This document shows, piece by piece, positions 58,093 through 64,000 of a stretch of DNA of 64,000 nucleotides. The notes below the pieces were generated by a model. The model made no database searches and was not told the origin of the DNA. It saw only the letters and a list, made by a program, of their open reading frames with translations. The stretch comes from Gammaproteobacteria bacterium. GTDB taxonomy: Bacteria > Pseudomonadota > Gammaproteobacteria > Ga0077536. Where the stretch lies: NCBI GenBank assembly GCA_050247235.1, contig JBFWUN010000003.1, forward strand, positions 13,171 through 77,170. Direction: 5' to 3'. A program made the translations under genes and the position numbers. Each line of letters starts with the position of its first letter. The stretch's first letter is position 1.

Positions 58093-58716
58093 ATGATCGC
58101 AGTCATCGACGTAGGACTCGGCAACCCGCGTTCGGTACAGAACATGATCCGAAAGGCGGGAGGCGAAGCGGTGATCACCCGCGTACCCAGCGAGATTCGG
58201 GCTGCCGAAAAGCTCGTGCTGCCCGGCGTCGGACACTTCGCGCATGGAATGGAATCTCTGCATCGCCACGGGCTGGTCGAGGAACTCACTCGCTTTGCAC
58301 TGGATCTGGGAAGGCCGGTCCTTGGAATCTGTCTGGGTGCGCAGTTGTTGGGATTCGGCAGTGAGGAAGGGCCTGGAGTGGGCGGCCTGGGATGGTTGCC
58401 GTTGCATTGCCGGCGATTTCCCTCTCTTCCCGGGCTGCGCATTCCGCAGATGGGATGGAACGAGATCGAGATCGTTCGCGAGAACGCTCTCCTGCGCGAG
58501 GCCCTCCCCGAACGTCGATTCTACTTCGTACATTCGTACTACATGGAATGCGACGACCCGGAAATCGTGGTTGCGCGAGCTCACTACGGCTTGGATTACG
58601 CCTGTGTCGTGCATCGCGGAAACATCTACGGTACGCAGTTCCACCCCGAAAAATCCCATAAGTTCGGCCTGGCGTTGATGAAGGCGTTTGTCGAACTACC
58701 GTCTTCGCAGATGTAG
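58093..58716 (+). CDS. HisH-like glutamine amidotransferase (O-antigen paralog, WbuY/HisH2-like)
   Basis: GICLGAQLL (catalytic Cys) and YGTQFHPEKS (His/Glu). Confidence 0.9.
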   Translation: MIAVIDVGLGNPRSVQNMIRKAGGEAVITRVPSEIRAAEKLVLPGVGHFAHGMESLHRHGLVEELTRFALDLGRPVLGICLGAQLLGFGSEEGPGVGGLGWLPLHCRRFPSLPGLRIPQMGWNEIEIVRENALLREALPERRFYFVHSYYMECDDPEIVVARAHYGLDYACVVHRGNIYGTQFHPEKSHKFGLALMKAFVELPSSQM

Positions 58717-58729
58717 GGCGCATATCATC

Positions 58730-59491
58730 ATGATGAAGACGAGAGTGATCCCGGTGCTGCTCCTGCAAGGGCAGGGTCTTGTCAAGACCGTCCGGTTCAA
58801 GGATCCGACGTACATTGGGGACCCGATCAATTCGATTAGGATTTTCAACGAGAAGGAAGTCGATGAACTCGTGTTTCTCGACATATCCGCGACCGCCGAA
58901 GGCAGGGAGCCCAACTATCAGATCATTGAAGATATCGCGGGCGAGGCATTCATGCCGCTCGCCTATGGAGGAGGTGTCGGCAACCTGGAGCAGGCGCAGA
59001 GGATATTCGCCCTCGGATTCGAGAAAATAGTGCTGAGCGCCGCGACCTACGACAACGAACGCCTCATCACCGAACTCGTCGGCCGCTACGGCAGTTCATC
59101 GGTCGTGGCGTGCGTAGACTGCAAAAGGAACCTTTTCGGCCGCCACGAGCTGTTCACGCACAACGGAAAGGTTCGCCGGAAGCGGAAGCTGGTGGAACAC
59201 GTGAAGAGACTGGCAGAGTTGGGTGTGGGCGAGATCATCGTGAACAGCATAGACCGTGACGGCACTCAACGGGGCTATGACATCGAGCTTATCGCCTCGG
59301 TCGCGGGTGCCGTGGCGGTTCCGGTGGTTGCCTGCGGAGGCGCCTCCGGCGTCGAGGATTTCGAGCACGCGGTGTCGCAAGGCGGCGCGTCGGCGGTGGC
59401 GGCTGGCAGTCTGTTCGTCTTCAAGGGGCCGCATCGGGCGGTGCTCATCAACTACCCGGATCGCGGTGAACTGACGCGTGTCCTCCCGTGA
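58730..59491 (+). CDS. HisF-like cyclase (O-antigen paralog, WbuZ/HisF2-like)
   Basis: RVIPVLLLQ N-terminus and TIM-barrel HisF motifs (VACGGASGVEDF). Confidence 0.9.
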   Translation: MMKTRVIPVLLLQGQGLVKTVRFKDPTYIGDPINSIRIFNEKEVDELVFLDISATAEGREPNYQIIEDIAGEAFMPLAYGGGVGNLEQAQRIFALGFEKIVLSAATYDNERLITELVGRYGSSSVVACVDCKRNLFGRHELFTHNGKVRRKRKLVEHVKRLAELGVGEIIVNSIDRDGTQRGYDIELIASVAGAVAVPVVACGGASGVEDFEHAVSQGGASAVAAGSLFVFKGPHRAVLINYPDRGELTRVLP

Positions 59492-59550
59492 GGGCCGGGT
59501 GTCGAGCGTCACGCGCCGTAAATTTCCAACTACCCAGAGGTTGCAGAACA

Positions 59551-60741
59551 GTGAATATCATAGAAAAGGCGTGGATGCCGGACGGCAGGGAACGGCCTTA
59601 CAGGATGTGCACCCGATGTGTCATGGACACTACCGATCCCCTCATCGAGTTCGACGAAAAGGGGGTCTGCAATCATTGCCATTACTTCGAGAACAACGTT
59701 AAGCCGAATTGGTTTCCGGACGATGAGGGCGCGGTCCGGCTTCAGAAAATGCTCGAGGAGGTCAAGGCTTATGGAAGAAATCGACGTTACGACTGTATCG
59801 TGGGTGTGTCAGGCGGCGTAGACAGTTCCTACCTGACGGCGAAGATAGTCGAGTGGGGGTTGAGACCCCTGATGGTGCACGTCGACGCGGGCTGGAACTC
59901 GGAGCTCGCTGTCAAGAATATCGAGACCCTGATCAACAGGCTCGGCCTCGATCTCGTCACGCATGTCGTGAACTGGGAGGAAATGAAGGATCTGCAGCTC
60001 GCGTTCTTGCGTTCCAATCTAGCGAATCAGGACGTGCCGCAGGATCACGCCTTCTTTGCGGCGCTCTACAACTACGCTGTGAAAGAAAAGGTCAAGTACG
60101 TCATCAGCGGGAGCAACTACGCGACCGAGAGCATCCTGCCGCAAGCCTGGGGTTACGATGCCATGGACGTAAAGCACCTGGAGGCGATTCACGATCGATT
60201 CGGCAAGCGCCCGTTGAAGACGTTCCCGCGCGTCAGCTTTTTCAATTTCTATATTTACTATCCCCGCGTCCTCGAGATGAAGGTTCTTACTCCGCTCAAC
60301 TATATGCCATATAGCAAGGCCGAGGCGATCAAGACGCTGGAGCGCGACTATGGCTGGCGTTATTACGGCGGGAAACACTACGAGTCACGATGGACTAGGT
60401 TCTTCCAGGCGCATTACCTGCCCATCAAGTTCGGCTACGACAAGCGCAAAGCACACCTGTCCAGCCTCGTCGTGGCAGGCGAGATATCCAGAGAGGATGC
60501 GATCGTCGAACTGCAGGCGCCGCTTTACGACGATCGCGATCTCGCGGAGGACAAGTTGTTCATATCGAAGAAGCTCGGAATCACCGTGGCTGAACTGGAT
60601 GCGCTGATCGCCGCCCCTCCGCGGCACTATTCCGAGTTTCCGAACAACGAGGCGCGCAAGTTGCAGGCAATGGAAACGTTGCAGAAATACCGGAAGGTAT
60701 CCGCCAGGGCGTTTGCGCTGTTGCGCCGATTTGCGGGGTGA
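59551..60741 (+). CDS. wbpG: N-acetyl sugar amidotransferase (WbpG/PseA/WbuX-like PP-loop enzyme)
   Basis: N-terminal zinc ribbon CTRCVMD...CNHC. PP-loop VGVSGGVDSSY. Probable GTG start at 59551 (ATG alternative at 59578). Confidence 0.85.
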   Translation: MNIIEKAWMPDGRERPYRMCTRCVMDTTDPLIEFDEKGVCNHCHYFENNVKPNWFPDDEGAVRLQKMLEEVKAYGRNRRYDCIVGVSGGVDSSYLTAKIVEWGLRPLMVHVDAGWNSELAVKNIETLINRLGLDLVTHVVNWEEMKDLQLAFLRSNLANQDVPQDHAFFAALYNYAVKEKVKYVISGSNYATESILPQAWGYDAMDVKHLEAIHDRFGKRPLKTFPRVSFFNFYIYYPRVLEMKVLTPLNYMPYSKAEAIKTLERDYGWRYYGGKHYESRWTRFFQAHYLPIKFGYDKRKAHLSSLVVAGEISREDAIVELQAPLYDDRDLAEDKLFISKKLGITVAELDALIAAPPRHYSEFPNNEARKLQAMETLQKYRKVSARAFALLRRFAG

Positions 60742-60786
60742 GAAACGGGTGCGGCCAAAGCCGCGGGCGATGCGCGGAGCGCGATC

Positions 60787-62007
60787 ATGGGTGACGCGAT
60801 CGCGATGTTTAATCTGACCAGCCTGGGGCAGGGCGAAGGAGGGGCGCTGCATCAGATTGCGCTGGTGCGGGGATTTCGCGCGTGCGGATGGCGGGTCCGG
60901 CTCGTCGTCCCGCGGCGAGCCGGCCGTGACCAGGTTCCCGCGGATCTGCGCGATATCACGTGGCAGACGCCGAGCGTCGAATGCATGGGCTTGCCGCGTT
61001 CTCTGGATAGCTGGTTGCAGATCCCAGCACTGGTGTGGCTGAGGCTTACCGGTCGTGCCGACATTCTCTATATTCGCGCCAACCTGTTTTCCTGGGCCGT
61101 GATTGCGGTGGCGCGCCTGCTCGGCATGTACGTGATCAGCGAGCACAACGGTTGGTCGGCCAGCGAGCGGCTGGCGCGCGGCGGCGGCGGCCTGCCCGTT
61201 CGCCTGGAGACGATGGCGCAGGTCCTGGTGGGGCGCTGGTCGCAACGGTCGCGGTGCGTCACCGCCGGGATCGCGAGGCTATTGATACGGCACGGGGTCG
61301 ATCCGGTCCGCGTGTTCGTGGTCGGTAACGGTGTCGACACGCGAGAGATGAGGCCCCGCCGGGTACCGACGGTGAGCGGTTCGGCTGACAGACCCGTCCA
61401 GCTGGGGTTCATCGGCGGCCTGGTTCGGTGGCAGGGGATCGACACCGCCATCAGGGCACTTTCGTTGCTCGAGGACCTCCCGCACCTGCAACTAACAATC
61501 GCGGGAGACGGTCCTGAACGCGGACGACTGGAAGCGCTGGCGAATGACTTGGGTGTCTCGTCGCGAGTGACCTTCCTCGGATACATTCCCTATCAACGCG
61601 CCGCCGAAGTCATCAATTCATTCGATATCGCGCTCGCGCCCTTCACGGTGGAGCGCAACGCAGAGATCGGGCTTTCGCCAATCAAGATTCGCGATTACGC
61701 CGCAGCAGGACGAATTGTCGTTGCCTCCGGTATTGAAGGCATCCGCGATTTCGAATCCGCGGGCTGGCTGTTCACGCATCGAGCGGACGATCCCGACGAT
61801 CTCGCGACCACGATTCGGCGTGTGATGTCGATGCCTCCCGGCGACTTCGCTCAACGGGGCGCCATGGCGCGCGAATACGCGCAGAGACACTTTGACTGGA
61901 ACCGAATCGTGGATCGCATTCGCGAGGAGATGCCTGAATCGCCAAAGAAGACCGCGCCATCTACCCGACCGCAGGATGAACCGGAGAGTGCAAAGCGTGA
62001 CGAATAA
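60787..62007 (+). CDS. Glycosyltransferase family 4 (high-GC, native)
   Basis: GT-B fold with a C-terminal GT1 domain (IKIRDYAAAGRIVVAS). Confidence 0.8.
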   Translation: MGDAIAMFNLTSLGQGEGGALHQIALVRGFRACGWRVRLVVPRRAGRDQVPADLRDITWQTPSVECMGLPRSLDSWLQIPALVWLRLTGRADILYIRANLFSWAVIAVARLLGMYVISEHNGWSASERLARGGGGLPVRLETMAQVLVGRWSQRSRCVTAGIARLLIRHGVDPVRVFVVGNGVDTREMRPRRVPTVSGSADRPVQLGFIGGLVRWQGIDTAIRALSLLEDLPHLQLTIAGDGPERGRLEALANDLGVSSRVTFLGYIPYQRAAEVINSFDIALAPFTVERNAEIGLSPIKIRDYAAAGRIVVASGIEGIRDFESAGWLFTHRADDPDDLATTIRRVMSMPPGDFAQRGAMAREYAQRHFDWNRIVDRIREEMPESPKKTAPSTRPQDEPESAKRDE

Positions 62008-62020
62008 CACGCCCCGGCTC

Positions 62021-63172
62021 ATGGTCGCGATCGGACAACTGGACCGGGGAGGTACGGAGCAACACCTGTGTCAGGTCCTGCCGGCGCTCGCGCGCTCCGG
62101 CTGGAGGATCACGGTATTCGTCCTGCGTCGTGGCGGTGCGCTTTCGGAGACGCTGACATCTGCTGGCGTGACGGTTACTGGACCCGATCTCCCGTGCGAT
62201 GGCCTGCGAAGTACCGTGCGCGCGGCCATTCAGCTCCGAGCGCTCGCGCATCGCGAGAGGCCGGATGTCGTGCATTTTTTTCTGCCGCCGGCATACCTCC
62301 TGGGCGCAACCGCTACGCTTGGCATGCGGATACGTCGGGTCATGAGCCGGCGCAGCCTCGCGACGTACCAGCGTCGGTATTTCGGTGTCCGCACGCTGGA
62401 ATGGTGGCTGCACCGCAGGATGGACATCGTACTGGCGAACTCGCTGGCAGTCGCCGCGGAGCTCAGTCGAGAGGGGGTGCCGCCCGAACGACTGGGTCTC
62501 CTCTATAACGGCGTCGACGTTCCCGAGCGACCGACCCTGCGTTCCGATGCGCGTACACGGCTCGAACTCGGCTCCGACATTCTCGTCATGGTTTGTGTGG
62601 CCAATCTCATCGCATACAAGGGGCACGCCGTATTGCTGGAGGCACTCTCCCGCATCCGTGATCGCTTGCCCGCGGACTGGGTCGTGCTGATGGTGGGGCG
62701 CGACAGCGGTATCGGCGGCGCGTTACGCGCGCAGAGCCACGATTTGGATCTCGAACATCACGTCCGGTGGGTCGGCGGCGTTCCTGACGTTGGGGATTAT
62801 CTGGCCGCCGCAGACATTGGCGTGCTGGCTTCACACGAGGAAGGATTCAGTAACGCGGTACTGGAGAGCATGGCGGCCGGGTTGCCCATGGTGGTGACGG
62901 ATGTCGGCGGCAACGCCGAGGCCGTTGTCGATGGCCGGTGTGGTCGTGTCGTTCCCAGCGCGAATCCCGGCGCCTTGGCGGCAGCGCTGCTCGAATTGAG
63001 CGTATCCCCGGACCTCAGGCGTACGTGGGGCGATTCGGCGAGGAGCCGTGTACTGCAGTCATTCAACCTCTCGCGGTGTGTTGCGCTCTATCGCCAACTC
63101 TACGAGAACTTGGCCGCCGGTGTTCCGCAACCCCTCCCACGCGATGCTCGCGTGGAGCCCGCAGGGCACTGA
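62021..63172 (+). CDS. Glycosyltransferase family 4 (high-GC, native)
   Basis: MVAIGQLDRGGTEQHL N-terminus and a C-terminal GT1 domain (EGFSNAVLESMAAGLPMVVTDVGG). Alternative GTG start at 61997. Confidence 0.8.
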   Translation: MVAIGQLDRGGTEQHLCQVLPALARSGWRITVFVLRRGGALSETLTSAGVTVTGPDLPCDGLRSTVRAAIQLRALAHRERPDVVHFFLPPAYLLGATATLGMRIRRVMSRRSLATYQRRYFGVRTLEWWLHRRMDIVLANSLAVAAELSREGVPPERLGLLYNGVDVPERPTLRSDARTRLELGSDILVMVCVANLIAYKGHAVLLEALSRIRDRLPADWVVLMVGRDSGIGGALRAQSHDLDLEHHVRWVGGVPDVGDYLAAADIGVLASHEEGFSNAVLESMAAGLPMVVTDVGGNAEAVVDGRCGRVVPSANPGALAAALLELSVSPDLRRTWGDSARSRVLQSFNLSRCVALYRQLYENLAAGVPQPLPRDARVEPAGH

Positions 63173-63214
63173 GTCACACATAAACGGCGTCCCCCCGAGC
63201 GCGACTGACGAAAT

Positions 63215-64000
63215 ATGTGCGGAATCACAGGGTTCCTCAAGCAGGCCGACGGGGCGAACGCCGCGGCGGCGATCGCCGCGATGACGGATGCACTCCTGCA
63301 CCGCGGCCCCGACGCCGGCAATATCTGGTGCGATTCCGCGGCCGGCATCGCCCTCGGCCATCGCCGCCTCGCGATCCTCGACCTCTCTCCCGCCGGCGCG
63401 CAGCCGATGCATTCGAAGGACGGCCGCTGGGTCATCGCGTTCAACGGCGAGATCTACAACTTCCCCGAGCTCCGCGACGATCTCGCCGCGCGCGGAATCA
63501 CATTCGCCGGTCATTCGGACACCGAGATCATCCTCGCCGGCTTCGCTGCATGGGGCGTCGAGGCCACGTTGAAGCGCTGCAACGGCATGTTCGCGATCGC
63601 GCTGTGGGATCGTGCGCGGCGCGAGCTGCACCTCGCGCGTGATCGCCTCGGCGAGAAGCCGCTCTACTACGGCTGGCACCGCGGCGCGTTCCTGTTCGCG
63701 TCCGAACTGAAGTCCCTGCACGCGTGGCCGGAGTTCCGGCCGGAGATCGATCGCGACGTGCTGACCCTGTTCCTGCGTCACAACTACATCCCGGAGCCGT
63801 TCTGTATCTACCGCGATCTGTGCAAGCTCGTGCCGGGAACTTACGTCACGGTGCGCGGGGGCGATCGCGCAATGCCGACCCCCATACCGTACTGGTCGCT
63901 CGCGGACGCGATCCGCCGTGGCCGCGCGGATCCGCTGCGCGGCTCGCCGGAGGAGGGTGTCGAACTGCTGGACCAGGCACTGCGCCGCTCGGTGCGCAGC
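63215..64000 (+). CDS. Asparagine synthase (glutamine-hydrolysing) family amidotransferase, N-terminal part (runs off window)
   Basis: MCGITGF N-terminus. Class-II GATase domain similar to the 46008 gene but high-GC. Confidence 0.85.
   Translation, partial: MCGITGFLKQADGANAAAAIAAMTDALLHRGPDAGNIWCDSAAGIALGHRRLAILDLSPAGAQPMHSKDGRWVIAFNGEIYNFPELRDDLAARGITFAGHSDTEIILAGFAAWGVEATLKRCNGMFAIALWDRARRELHLARDRLGEKPLYYGWHRGAFLFASELKSLHAWPEFRPEIDRDVLTLFLRHNYIPEPFCIYRDLCKLVPGTYVTVRGGDRAMPTPIPYWSLADAIRRGRADPLRGSPEEGVELLDQALRRSVRS

Larger units (their letters stand above)
39330..60750. other. Lower-GC (~50-57%) polysaccharide-biosynthesis island embedded between native high-GC wbp and glycosyltransferase genes (probable horizontally acquired serotype-variable region); boundaries approximate
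   Basis: Compositional shift visible by eye against ~69% flanks. Gene content is coherent for an ABC-transporter-dependent glycan pathway. Confidence 0.5.

Noticed and set aside
1-64000. tRNA, rRNA, CRISPR arrays, transposase/integrase genes
   Set aside because: No cloverleaf-like conserved tRNA features, no regularly spaced direct repeats and no transposase/integrase-like ORFs were seen. The island lacks obvious mobility genes within the window.

Overview
High-GC (~68-70%) proteobacterial chromosomal segment with a lower-GC (~50-57%) island inserted at ~39.4-60.75 kb. Left third: an N-methylated-amine/hydantoin catabolic cluster (hyuB-hyuA divergent from a TMADH/DgcA-like Fe-S flavoprotein and a DMGDH/sarcosine-dehydrogenase-family gene). 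Middle: housekeeping and stress genes (SrkA-like kinase, SDR, stomatin-NfeD, MbfA, M16C protease, HAD, YajQ, PilZ, MoxR-VWA pair) plus a 1353-aa protein combining two cNMP-binding domains, a rhodanese domain and a ~900-aa Ala/Glu/Arg-rich repetitive coiled coil. Right: a polysaccharide (O-antigen-type) locus. Native high-GC wbpB-wbpD-wbpE genes (UDP-2,3-diacetamido-2,3-dideoxy-uronic acid) are followed by an RfaH paralog and an exact ops element (GGCGGTAGCGTG). These lead into the lower-GC island, which encodes an ABC-transporter-dependent pathway (Wzm, two Wzt-like ATPases), two sulfotransferases, a methyltransferase, glycosyltransferases, an AsnB amidotransferase, a WbpG/HisH/HisF acetamidino module and an MBOAT. 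Most notable is a Dlt-like four-gene module in which the adenylating DltA role is taken by a class-II aminoacyl-tRNA-synthetase-like amino acid:[carrier protein] ligase, alongside a phosphopantetheine carrier protein, an MBOAT and a DltD-like protein. I read this as a candidate, apparently undescribed, polysaccharide aminoacylation system. Many long ORFs in the supplied track are high-GC frame shadows and were rejected.
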